From: an uncultured Candidatus Binatia bacterium
Lineage (GTDB): Bacteria; Desulfobacterota; Binatia; UBA9968; JAJDTQ01
DNA length: 27,085 bases
Assembly: GCA_965213675.1 (NCBI GenBank)
Contig: CBDCAF010000011.1
Location: 1-27,085 of the forward strand
Direction: 5' to 3'
Both the position numbers and the translations under genes were made by a program. The notes beneath the pieces were generated by a model. The model searched no databases and had not been told where the DNA came from. It worked only from the letters and a program-made list of their open reading frames with translations. This document shows positions 10,401-18,006 of the stretch, piece by piece (the first letter of the stretch is position 1; each line of letters starts with the position of its first letter).

Positions 10401-10701
10401 AAGCGGTCGGGAACTCGTGAACCTGGACGAGGAGACGGGCGGCGGGACCCTGGGCGGGCGTGGCCTGTACCAGCCAGGCGAGCCGGGGCAGGCCGATCCG
10501 CCGGAGGGTGTCCACATCCGGTGGATCGACGCCTTCCACCCCCCATGCATCCTCACCCACCCGGATCCGAAAACGGTCGTACTCGCCGCCCGACAGGAAC
10601 ACCTCGGATCCCTTGACAAGACCTTCGGGAAAGCGGTCCCCGTCGGCTCGGCGCAGATCCGTGGTCGCCATGCGGCCGTGAATCACGTCGGAGACCTTCA
10701 T
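7378..10701 (-). CDS. Superfamily 1 helicase, UPF1/DNA2-like (CnuH-like)
   Basis: 1107 aa from ATG 10701 (ATGA overlap with kinase stop). Motifs: NDRQ, QGPPGTGKT, IVDEAAR, VGDHRQLP, SLFEKL, LNTQYRMHP, VTFYAAQ, TVDAFQGKEFDVV, NRLCVAMSR. Confidence 0.93.
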   Translation of the reverse strand: MKVSDVIHGRMATTDLRRADGDRFPEGLVKGSEVFLSGGEYDRFRIRVGEDAWGVEGVDPPDVDTLRRIGLPRLAWLVQATPAQGPAARLLVQVHEFPTAFVWDEPMDIGVDDRVVDDMRKRQGRLVSVESVVQWLTERMLLPSRDPDGPPRALLSGSARPDAGKKTAFRLYGDRFAVDVERGSDDRLRVNRVVSVRHAIEGDEHRPIFLATGQISFCDATVAGEFRGVARTELDSLVAQADSYLGLWQAYNDREREAILRRARELGWARYSRREQLPGGEWRFDLDLEGAKAVDFRRRLEALDREQLQAGEEVPAVIQGADGEDALEGHRRPFTGDLVAKRDHSLTLHPPPEQEDREPPSRGFIFLGLGGDEMRIDRRRLAWQRIRGCANPMPQLGMMLEGQPVRDRRGRRLKPVTKAVRDVFPNPNDRQRLALDIALNTPDIALVQGPPGTGKTRVIAALQARLAEPDEGVDPGGLSGSTLLTSFQHDAVENAAAATRVMGLPAVKVGYRRGSDEARDGVEAWRTETAKTVGAARVHGAAEDSVHAALRSVSEIAVAYLKATSGRDEPTRVLRRVSDVAGPWLPGELAAAMSELQAKLSGSLPVHIADDDRAFALKAVRAIRSDAVPFSDDGPANAYKALRRLGRVDGFTLTCEERSCLEEAHDVPPDSAAGEDLLGRLRATRDALIDRMQPAADSPAAPRTHADVESVVMRVIDALSERAKETAAGADVAVAEWLSRLENDAAGIRETIRHYSMVLAATCQQSVSRWMADARLGDDTVFRTVIVDEAARSNPLDLLIPMALAERRIVLVGDHRQLPHILEPDVERELEQSGREETQSALRQSLFEKLFTDLRRHEKNDGVKRTVTLNTQYRMHPRLGRFVSEQFYEPHGEEFDSGRDEGEFAHDVILKNGVSLAGKVAVWIELSVDRGPESTGRSKRRPVEARRVADEAHAVVSRHPELSVGVVTFYAAQRDEILDAMRRVDLTEPHDEGGFRVRDRWRRTSDGRERLRIGTVDAFQGKEFDVVFLSLTRSNRTQVKNEATRRRRYGFLLLENRLCVAMSRQHRLLVVVGDGAMAAGSDAESSVPALCAFRKLCEGPDGHVVRT

Positions 10702-12107
10702 CGGGCAGTCCCCTGGCTGAGATCGAAGCGTATGACGCGATGAAGGCCGTCCGCGGGGCCGGCATGGACCATCCATGTCGCTCCCGCGCCGCTGATTGCG
10801 ATATCCACCGGTCCTCCCTCGATCCATCGCTCCCGCTGGCCATCCGGCGAGGCTAGACGCCAGCGTTCGCCGTCGAGTGGCTGCAGCGTAAGCCGATCCC
10901 CCGAGAATTCGACCCGCAGCTTCGGCTTCGACCCGGAGGTGCCTTGGGTCATGCGTTCGGTCAGCTCGGTGGGCTCGTCGGCGGAGATGGCCAGTGCATC
11001 GACGACCCGTGGCTTGCCGCTCGGATTGCGCACGATCCCGGGCGCGGATTCCAGCTCGCCGACGCTGCTGCCTCGCAGTTTCCGCCGATCCGGGTCCCAT
11101 AACAGGACCGCCGCAAAGACGAAGCCGGGACGTGGGGCGTCGCACCAAGAACAGCAGGGTAGGTTGCAGAAATAGCTGCCGGAGCACTCGGGGCAGGTCA
11201 CGGTTCGATCCGCGGCCCCATGGAGTCGCTCGGCCCAGCGCGACAGTCCGGGACGTGCGCGGGGATCGGACAGCCCCGCACCGAAGGTCAGGCCGAAGTC
11301 GTCTCGGAGCCTGAGAGACAGCACGATGTCGCGCGGGATGCCGGCGCCCGACCGGTTGCGGTCGTCTTCCGGTTCATCAATCCACGGCAGGTGGCCGGCG
11401 AGCGCCTGCTCCTCCAACTCCGGCTCTCCGTCCCGCACCGCGTCTCCCAGCAGGGGATGTACGAGCGCCAACGTCTCGAAGGCCATCACCGCGAAAGCAT
11501 GCGCATCGCTGAGAGAGCTGGGCATTCCGGTCTCTCGGACGATCTCGGGGGCTCCGTAGCCCGGCGTGAAGAGCGCACCGCCCGCCTGTGTCGCCGCACG
11601 CAAATTGTCCGTGTCGATCAACCGGACTTCGCAAGCGTCCGTTTGGCTGGAAACGAGGATATTGAAGGGCGACGGATCAACGTAGACCAGCCCGCGACCG
11701 TGGATCTCGGACAGCACCTCCGCAATTCGTGCAAGCAGCCGGAGCCGGCGGCGAAGCCCGCCGCCCTCGAAGTACCATGTGCAGACCGACGCAACTCCTC
11801 TCGGGGGACGGCCCAGCGAACCGAGGGACGTCATGCCGGTGAACAGCTCCATCACGTAGCCCATGTGCGGCGGGCGAAGCTGCTCCAGTGGACGGGCCAC
11901 GGCCAGACCCGCCAGAGGCAGGCGTCCCACCATGGCGAGCTGATCGCGGAGTCGCTCGCCTGCTCCGGCGGATCGGTCTCGCAGCAGCTTGACCGCTCGG
12001 CGATCTCCCTCGACCGCGAACACCGTGCCCTGACCGCCGCGCCCGAGCTCGGGGCCGAGGCGGTATCGGTTTCCGTGGATGGACGTGACGGCATCCGGCT
12101 TGCTCAC
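10698..12107 (-). CDS. TerY-P-type Ser/Thr protein kinase with Zn ribbon
   Basis: 469 aa from GTG 12107 (GGAGG RBS, GTGA overlap with PP2C stop). LGRGGQGTVF, AVK, GYVMEL, YVDPSPFNIL, IDTDN, TPGYGAPE, then CPEC...CSWC. Confidence 0.9.
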   Translation of the reverse strand: MSKPDAVTSIHGNRYRLGPELGRGGQGTVFAVEGDRRAVKLLRDRSAGAGERLRDQLAMVGRLPLAGLAVARPLEQLRPPHMGYVMELFTGMTSLGSLGRPPRGVASVCTWYFEGGGLRRRLRLLARIAEVLSEIHGRGLVYVDPSPFNILVSSQTDACEVRLIDTDNLRAATQAGGALFTPGYGAPEIVRETGMPSSLSDAHAFAVMAFETLALVHPLLGDAVRDGEPELEEQALAGHLPWIDEPEDDRNRSGAGIPRDIVLSLRLRDDFGLTFGAGLSDPRARPGLSRWAERLHGAADRTVTCPECSGSYFCNLPCCSWCDAPRPGFVFAAVLLWDPDRRKLRGSSVGELESAPGIVRNPSGKPRVVDALAISADEPTELTERMTQGTSGSKPKLRVEFSGDRLTLQPLDGERWRLASPDGQRERWIEGGPVDIAISGAGATWMVHAGPADGLHRVIRFDLSQGTAR

Positions 12108-12826
12108 GATGCGCCTCCAACGGGTTCGGCAAGGACCGCCACGGTCTTGTCGTCCACGTGGCCGGGAACGGGCCAGTCCCGAAGCGCCGCGCAGAGGTGT
12201 CGCCAGCGGACCGCGGGGGCGAGCCGACCGACCTCGGTGGACAGCCAGTTCACGAACACGTCCAGCCGCTTCGGGTCCAGATCGTCCGCTACACCGTCGG
12301 TGGCGAGGATCACCAGCCGGCCGGAATCCGGTGGCCTGGTCTCGATCCACCAGTCGTCGATTCGATGCGGCGCTCCCAGCGCCAGCGTCTCGTTTCCGAA
12401 GCAGCCCGGGCTTCGTCCACCGAAGGTCGTCGTTTCTCCATCCCTACTGTGTACAAGGGCGAGCCCGTCGCCGAGACCGGCGAGCAGCAGATGACCATCG
12501 GGCTCCCGCAACGCGAAGAGACAGGTGCTCGCGCACTCCGCGGGGGAGCGAGGGGCCAGCGCGAGGCGCCAGAGGATCTCCACCAAGCGCACAAGGTGCT
12601 TCGGGTCCGCCGAGCATGCCGTGCCGGGCCATGTCGGCACTGCCTGCCGCAGTGCTCGGCATGCGGCTTGTGCGCCGGCTTCGGAGGCGGAAAGCGAGCC
12701 CACTCCATCGCATACGCCGATCAGGTGTCCAAACCTGCCGTCGGCCCGGATCCAGGCGTCCTGATTCGCCCGTCCTTCCCGCCGGTTGCGTGGACCGCGC
12801 ACCGACGCCCCGTAGGTCGCGACCAT
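12104..12826 (-). CDS. PP2C-family Ser/Thr phosphatase
   Basis: 240 aa from ATG 12826; NQDA, VCDGVGS, LGDG, LATDGV and DDKT metal-binding motifs. Confidence 0.9.
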   Translation of the reverse strand: MVATYGASVRGPRNRREGRANQDAWIRADGRFGHLIGVCDGVGSLSASEAGAQAACRALRQAVPTWPGTACSADPKHLVRLVEILWRLALAPRSPAECASTCLFALREPDGHLLLAGLGDGLALVHSRDGETTTFGGRSPGCFGNETLALGAPHRIDDWWIETRPPDSGRLVILATDGVADDLDPKRLDVFVNWLSTEVGRLAPAVRWRHLCAALRDWPVPGHVDDKTVAVLAEPVGGAS

Positions 12827-12837
12827 CTCCGGGATCT

Positions 12838-13500
12838 TCAGAAGTCGCCGTAGTCGTCGGGGTCGAGGGGAGCGACGTCGACGGTCTGATTGGGCGTTGC
12901 ACTCCGGGAGCGTGCGGTCACGCTCATCGTCACCCACTGGAAGAACTTCCGGATCTCGCGCGCCTCGTGTGCCTCGAAGACCCGCCCCTCCGGGTCGTGG
13001 AGGAAGGCGCGCAGCACGTCATGATCGGCGTCGGCACCGATGCCGAGGGCGAACCGTTGCGCTTTGGCGGCGCGCTCGGAGCCGAGCAACCGCTCGAGCG
13101 GTCCCTCCCACTCGTCGTTCGGGAGTCCGTCGCTCACGAGCACGATGGTGGGCCGGTACGCGCGGCTCGGGACACGGTCGCGGTCCTCGATCAAATCGGT
13201 GACGATATCCAGCGCAGCGCCCATCGGCGTCCGGCCATGGGCCTCCATCGGAGTCCACCGGACCTCCCTCGCGAGGGTCAGTGGTGTATGCAGGGCCGCC
13301 GTTCCTCCGAACGTCACCACGGCGAGGTGGATCTCCGCTCGCCCGTCGTCCTCTTCGGCGAAGGCGTCCCGCATCTCGGTCACCGCCGAGTTAAGTGCTT
13401 CGATCTTGCCGTCGACGCCCATGCTGCCACTCACGTCCGCCATCAGAACGACAGGGAGCGGGCGTGCGGATGCAATGGTGAAGTCTTTCGTGCTGGGCAT
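12838..13500 (-). CDS. terY: TerY-like vWA domain protein
   Basis: 220 aa; RPLPVVLMADVSGSM (MIDAS DxSxS), GRTPMG, PTIVLVSDGLPND, FFQWVTMSV; AAGGAG RBS upstream; first gene of the operon. Confidence 0.88.
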   Translation of the reverse strand: MPSTKDFTIASARPLPVVLMADVSGSMGVDGKIEALNSAVTEMRDAFAEEDDGRAEIHLAVVTFGGTAALHTPLTLAREVRWTPMEAHGRTPMGAALDIVTDLIEDRDRVPSRAYRPTIVLVSDGLPNDEWEGPLERLLGSERAAKAQRFALGIGADADHDVLRAFLHDPEGRVFEAHEAREIRKFFQWVTMSVTARSRSATPNQTVDVAPLDPDDYGDF

Positions 13501-13692
13501 GTTTGGTCTCCTTGCCTGAGCCTAGGCGTACGCGGCTGCCTTGCAGCAGGGTTCTTCTGGTCCGATGTGTAAGCCGAAGTCGTGAGTCATCCGCGGAGCC
13601 CACCGCGCACTGGCCAACGGGTTGCCGGCTTTCCGGAAGCCGCTGGCTCCGGTGCAGTTCACCCTCCGCTCGTGCGTTGTTTTCGACGTCGT

Positions 13693-14085
13693 TGGAGTTA
13701 CCCCGCTTTCGTGGACAGTACAAGGCTGTCGCGAACAGGGTTGAAGTGGGCGGCAGCCGATGGAAACAAAGGCTTGTCGATCACCGAGGGAACGGTTTGC
13801 CCCGGAGGGTGGTGATGGATGTCGGACTGGCGGATCGGGAAGGCTCCAGGGCTGGTCTCGGTGTGCAGTCCGTCGTCGTGGTCCCTGGCAGGCACCATAG
13901 CGTCCGTAGCGGCACGTTCGAACTCGTTGGGGCTGCATAGCCCAAGGCGGAGTGGCGACGTCTGGTGTTGTACCAGCCTTCGAAGAACTGGAAGACGGCC
14001 ATGCGCGCCTCGACCCGTGTCCGAAACGCTCGCCGTTCGATCAGCTCGCACTCCAGGGTAGCGAAGAAGCTCTCGGCCATGGCGT
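13693..14085 (-). mobile_element. IS3-family remnant (3' end of transposase plus one terminal IR)
   Basis: AMAESFFATLECELI...FEGWYNTRRRHSALGY-(frameshift)-SPNEFE is the IS3 integrase-core C-terminus; TGGAGTTACCCCGCTTTCGTGGACA at 13693-13717 resembles an IS3 terminal repeat; the 5' part is missing. Confidence 0.88.
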
Positions 14086-14095
14086 ATGGAATGTC

Positions 14096-14185
14096 TGGCG
14101 GAGAGGGAGGGATTCGAACCCCCGTTACCCGAAGGTAAACCTGATTTCGAGTCAGGCGCCTTCAACCGGACTCGGCCACCTCTCC
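14096..14185 (-). tRNA. tRNA-Ser (anticodon CGA)
   Basis: 90 nt; acceptor stem GGAGAGG/CCTCTCC, discriminator G plus CCA, anticodon arm CCTGA-CTCGAAA-TCAGG, long variable arm TTACC-TTCG-GGTAA, T-loop GGTTCGAATCC. Confidence 0.97.
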
Positions 14186-14199
14186 GCAGTTGATTGTAG

Positions 14200-14228
14200 A
14201 GCGTAGCATGCCCTCTGGCGGTTGGGAA
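14200..14228 (-). promoter_or_regulatory. Possible sigma70 promoter of the tRNA
   Basis: TTCCCA - 17 bp - TACGCT, preceded by TG (extended -10), ending 14 nt before the mature 5' end; an alternative TACAAT lies at 14193-14198. Confidence 0.35.
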
Positions 14229-14352
14229 CTTGTAATCTGAACGACTGCGCCCGACCGGAGCAACGCGGCCCGCTCGGTCTCGCCTCCGCATTTGCCACTA
14301 CCCTTCATGGGTGTTAGGCCGTGGGGACGCCCCGCCGGCGTCTTCCACTGCC

Positions 14353-15387
14353 ATGAAACACAAGGTCCAGTATCTGCTCGGTCCCGAGCATATCGAAGTG
14401 CGTGAAGAGCCCGTGCCGGTGCCCGGTCCGGGAGAGCTGCTGGTGCGGATTCGGGCGGCTACCACCTGCGGGACGGACGTGAAGGTGTTTCAGCGTGGAG
14501 GGCATTCACGGATGCTGCGGGTGCCGACGCCCTTTGGGCATGAGTTCGCGGGATCGGTGGAGGCGCTGGGCGCGGGCGCGTCCGGTTTTCGGCCCGGCGA
14601 CCGGGTGGTGGTGGCCAACTCGGCGCCGTGCGGGCGCTGTTCGTACTGCGCGGCGGAGCGGGAGAACCTTTGCCGGGACCTCGAATATCTCAACGGCGCG
14701 TTCGCGGAGTACATCCGGATACCCCGGCGGTTCGTCGAAGTCAGCACGCACCATCTCGACCCGGACCTTCCCTACGAGGTCGCCGCGCTGGTGGAGCCGG
14801 TAGCCTGCGTGATTCATGGGATTGACGCCAGCCGGCTGGCGGACGGCGCCGATGTGCTGGTCCATGGAGCGGGACCCATCGGGCTGTTGCTTGCCGCCGT
14901 GCTGGCGTTCCGAGGGCACGATGTGGTGGTGGCCGACCCCAATCCGCACCGTCTCGACGCGGCGCGGACCCTTGGAGCGCGAGAGACGGTGGAGGTGGCC
15001 CGCGGCAGCGCCCAGCGCGATCGCCTGCGGCTTCGTTCAAGAGACGGCGACGGCTTCGACTGTGCGATTGACGCCACCGGCGTGCCCGCAGTGTGGCAGG
15101 ACGCGGTGGCGTGCGTACGCCCCGGAGGTGTGGTCAATCTGTTCGGCGGCTGCGCGCCGGGGACGAAGATTTCCCTGGACACGGCGTCGGTCCACTATAA
15201 CGAACTGACCGTCATGGGCGCGTATCATCACCGGCCGGCCACGGTGACGCGGGCGCTGGAAATGTTGAGCCGGAAGACCCTGGACCCGCGTCCCCTCTTG
15301 TCCGCCGACGTGCCGCTGGCGGACCTGGAGCAGGCGCTGCGGTCCATGATGGCGCGCCAGGCGCTGAAGGTCGTCGTGCGACCCTGA
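14353..15387 (+). CDS. Zn-dependent alcohol/polyol dehydrogenase (MDR family)
   Basis: CGTD, GHEFAG, structural Zn CGRCSYC...NLC, GAGPIG Rossmann motif; ATG 14353 preferred over the track start at 14311. Confidence 0.92.
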   Translation: MKHKVQYLLGPEHIEVREEPVPVPGPGELLVRIRAATTCGTDVKVFQRGGHSRMLRVPTPFGHEFAGSVEALGAGASGFRPGDRVVVANSAPCGRCSYCAAERENLCRDLEYLNGAFAEYIRIPRRFVEVSTHHLDPDLPYEVAALVEPVACVIHGIDASRLADGADVLVHGAGPIGLLLAAVLAFRGHDVVVADPNPHRLDAARTLGARETVEVARGSAQRDRLRLRSRDGDGFDCAIDATGVPAVWQDAVACVRPGGVVNLFGGCAPGTKISLDTASVHYNELTVMGAYHHRPATVTRALEMLSRKTLDPRPLLSADVPLADLEQALRSMMARQALKVVVRP

Positions 15388-15393
15388 CCCGCG

Positions 15394-16278
15394 TCACACC
15401 ACCCGCCGTCGCAAGAACGCGCTCAGATAATCCACTCCCGTCACCAGCACGTACAGGGCGATGAGCAGCGTCAGGAGCTGTTGCTCGAAGAACAGGCTCA
15501 TGGCGATGTGGATGCGCTGGCCAAGGCCGCCGGCGCCGACGAAGCCCAACACCGCGGCGACGCGGATGTTCACTTCCCAGCGATACAGCGTGTACGAAGT
15601 GAACTGGGGCAGAACCTGCGGCAGGATGCCGTAGAACAGGATCTGAATCTTGCCGGCGCCGGTGGACTGGAGGGACTCGACGGGCTGCAGGTCCACATCC
15701 TCCAGCACCTCGGCGAAGAGCTTGCCCAACACGCCGCCGGTATGGACGCCGAGGGCCAACACCCCGGGGAACGGTCCCAGCCCCACGAGAAAGACGAACA
15801 CCAGCGCCCAGAGCATCTCCGGGATGGTGCGCAGGAAGTTCAGGATCGCTTTGGCCGCGAGGTATGGAACGCGCCGCAACGCGTGAAAGCCGCCCCGGGA
15901 CTCCATTTCGTAGAGCAGGCCCGCGTACGCGAGATTGCGCGCGCCAAAGAAAGCCAGCGACAGCGCGATGACCGCCGACAGCACGGTGCCCGTGAGGGAG
16001 ATGGCCAGGGTCTCCCAGGCGCCGTCCACGGCATCGGCCACCACCTTGGGCGAGAAGTCCGGCGGAAAGAGGCGCGTCACGTATTCGGCGATGGCGCCGC
16101 CGCCGTCCGCGCTGAAGAGCATGCCGAGGTCGATCTCCGACCCCTGATAGCTCCATGCGAAGAGAGCCGCCAGGAGGCCGAGCATCACGCAGGTGAAAGC
16201 GCGCGAGCGATCACGCCCGGCAGCCCGGAGCGCCCGCACCTCGTCCATCGTAGCCGCGGTCCGGTTCACCGGAGTCAC
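15394..16278 (-). CDS. phnE: PhnE-like ABC permease (second copy)
   Basis: RTIPEMLWAL, GLGPFPGVLAL, GVLGKLFAE, LYRWEVNIR, LGFVGAGGLG; GTG start overlapping the upstream stop (GTGA). Confidence 0.9.
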   Translation of the reverse strand: MTPVNRTAATMDEVRALRAAGRDRSRAFTCVMLGLLAALFAWSYQGSEIDLGMLFSADGGGAIAEYVTRLFPPDFSPKVVADAVDGAWETLAISLTGTVLSAVIALSLAFFGARNLAYAGLLYEMESRGGFHALRRVPYLAAKAILNFLRTIPEMLWALVFVFLVGLGPFPGVLALGVHTGGVLGKLFAEVLEDVDLQPVESLQSTGAGKIQILFYGILPQVLPQFTSYTLYRWEVNIRVAAVLGFVGAGGLGQRIHIAMSLFFEQQLLTLLIALYVLVTGVDYLSAFLRRRVV

Positions 16279-17126
16279 AGCAGCGACCTCACCTTCGCAC
16301 TCACGTAGTCCGCTCCCGCCACCAGCGCGAATAGAATCAGCAGCAGGGTCGTGACCTCGTGAAAATTGAACATGCGGATGGAGATCTGGATCTGCTGGCC
16401 GATGCCGCCGGCGCCGACAAGTCCGAGGATGGCCGACGTGCGCACGGCGCACTCCCAACGATACAGGGTGTACGAGGTGATGTTGGGCAGCACTTGCGGG
16501 AACCAGCCGTAGAAGAACACCTGCAACCGCCCGGCGCCGGTGGCCTGGATGGCCTCCAAGGGCCGCTCGTTCACCGACTCGAATATCTCGGAGTACACCT
16601 TGCCGAGCATGCCGCCGTAGGCCACGCCGATGGCGAGCACGCCGGGAAACGGCCCCAGGCCCACGGCGCGCACGAACATGAAGGCCCAGACGAACTCCGG
16701 GATACAGCGGAACAAGCTCAGCAGCGCCCGCGCCAGGCCATACAGGGCGACCTTGAGGCCGTGCCGCAGCCCGGCGTCGCGGAATCCGGTCTCGTGGAGG
16801 ATGCCCTGGAAACTGAAAGTGCTGGTGGCCAGCAGCCCCAAGGGAAACCCGATGACCACGGCGATCACCGTTCCCATGACCGAGATCTGAACCGTCTCGA
16901 TGGTCGGCCGGACCATCAACGCCAGAAATTCCCAGGAAAGCTCCGGCGGATACATCCCTGTGACGAACTGCCACAGGTGCTCCCGCCCCTCGGGCTCGAA
17001 GAAGATCCCCGGGTTGACCTCCGCCCGGCGCCAGCTATCGGCGAGAAGGACCAGGAACAACCCGCCGAAAACGTACGGGAAGAGGGATCGGGAACCCGGT
17101 GATCGGGACGTGAAGCTCGGGGGCAC
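16275..17126 (-). CDS. phnE: PhnE-like ABC permease (first copy)
   Basis: RCIPEFVWAF, GLGPFPGVLAI, GMLGKVYSE, LYRWECAVR, LGLVGAGGIG; exact start uncertain. Confidence 0.9.
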   Translation of the reverse strand: MPPSFTSRSPGSRSLFPYVFGGLFLVLLADSWRRAEVNPGIFFEPEGREHLWQFVTGMYPPELSWEFLALMVRPTIETVQISVMGTVIAVVIGFPLGLLATSTFSFQGILHETGFRDAGLRHGLKVALYGLARALLSLFRCIPEFVWAFMFVRAVGLGPFPGVLAIGVAYGGMLGKVYSEIFESVNERPLEAIQATGAGRLQVFFYGWFPQVLPNITSYTLYRWECAVRTSAILGLVGAGGIGQQIQISIRMFNFHEVTTLLLILFALVAGADYVSAKVRSLL

Positions 17127-17190
17127 CAGGAGCCTGTCGGGTTGATCGACTCGTAGCGAGAGTCAGAGAAGGGCCGGTTTCAACAGGCTC

Positions 17191-18006
17191 CTAGACCGCG
17201 ACCCGGCCTTGCGGCGCCGGCTGGGGCGCCCGGGCGGCGCCTATCCTGGCGGGAACGTGGCCGGAATAAAGTTCCCGCAACAGCTCCGGTGTCACCTGGG
17301 CGGCGGCGGTGTCAAAAAGCTTCACGCCCTGTTTCATGCCCACGACCCTGGGGAAGAAGGACAGCGCCAGATCGGTGCTGTGCAGGTTGACCATCAGAGT
17401 CTTGCGGGTGTCATCGCTGATGGTGATGAGCAGCTTGATGATGGTCTCGGCCAGGGACGGGTCCACCGACGAAACAGGTTCGTCCGCCAGGATCACTTCC
17501 GGATCCTGCATCAGCACCCGGGCGATGGCCACGCGCTGCTGCTGCCCGCCGGACAACTCGTCGGTGCGGCTGAAGAGCTTCTCCGCGATGCCCACGGCGG
17601 CGAGCGCCCGGTGCGCGGCCTCCAGGTGAGCGGGCCGCGCCAGGGACGCCAGGGAACCTGGCAACGACCAGCGCCCCAGCCGCCCGGAGAGCACGTTGTG
17701 GACCACGCGCAGGCGCGGCACCAGGTTGTGCTGCTGGTAGATGGTACCGATGCGGCAGCGCATTTGCCGCAGACGCCGGCCGTACAGGTCGCGCACTTCT
17801 TCACCGTCGATGCGCAGGCGGCCCGAGGTGGGACGAATGGTGCAGTTGAGCATGCGGAAGAGCGTGGTCTTCCCGGCTCCGCTGGGCCCGATGAGCGCAA
17901 CGCGCTCGCCCCGGGCGACCTCGAGGTCGAATCCTTCCAGCGCCACCTGTTGGCGTCCGAACACCTTGCGGACGCCCTCCAGGTGGTATTGTGGCGGCGC
18001 GATCAA
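17191..18006 (-). CDS. phnC: PhnC-like ABC ATP-binding protein
   Basis: GPSGAGKT, LSGGQQQRVAIAR, ILADEPVSSVDP, H-loop VNLH; TTG start overlapping the binding-protein stop. Confidence 0.9.
   Translation of the reverse strand: MIAPPQYHLEGVRKVFGRQQVALEGFDLEVARGERVALIGPSGAGKTTLFRMLNCTIRPTSGRLRIDGEEVRDLYGRRLRQMRCRIGTIYQQHNLVPRLRVVHNVLSGRLGRWSLPGSLASLARPAHLEAAHRALAAVGIAEKLFSRTDELSGGQQQRVAIARVLMQDPEVILADEPVSSVDPSLAETIIKLLITISDDTRKTLMVNLHSTDLALSFFPRVVGMKQGVKLFDTAAAQVTPELLRELYSGHVPARIGAARAPQPAPQGRVAV

Larger units (their letters stand above)
61..14107. mobile_element. tRNA-Ser-integrated genomic island (defence cargo), probably immobile
   Basis: Bounded by the tRNA 3' end and its 12-bp duplicate; integrase remnant at the left end, IS3 remnant at the right end, defence-type operon inside; core genes resume beyond the tRNA. 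Confidence 0.75.

Noticed and set aside
4911-10743. Very long plus-strand ORFs (4911-7424, 837 aa; 8185-10743, 852 aa) and similar ones at 23371-24921 and 25040-26875
   Set aside because: Antisense shadows of motif-bearing minus-strand genes in high-GC DNA; no recognisable motifs.
10702-11187. ORF-track N-terminal extensions (helicase to 11187, kinase to 12350, PP2C to 12937, phnE to 16974)
   Set aside because: They overlap the upstream genes in other frames; internal starts with RBS and/or stop-start overlaps fit better.
12838-13500. Tellurite-resistance operon
   Set aside because: Only a TerY-like vWA gene is present; no terZABCD-type genes in the window, and the context is kinase/phosphatase/McrBC.
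14096-14185. Possibility that the tRNA is tRNA-Sec, given the nearby selenoprotein
   Set aside because: Anticodon is CGA, not TCA, and the acceptor stem is a standard 7 bp at 90 nt total.
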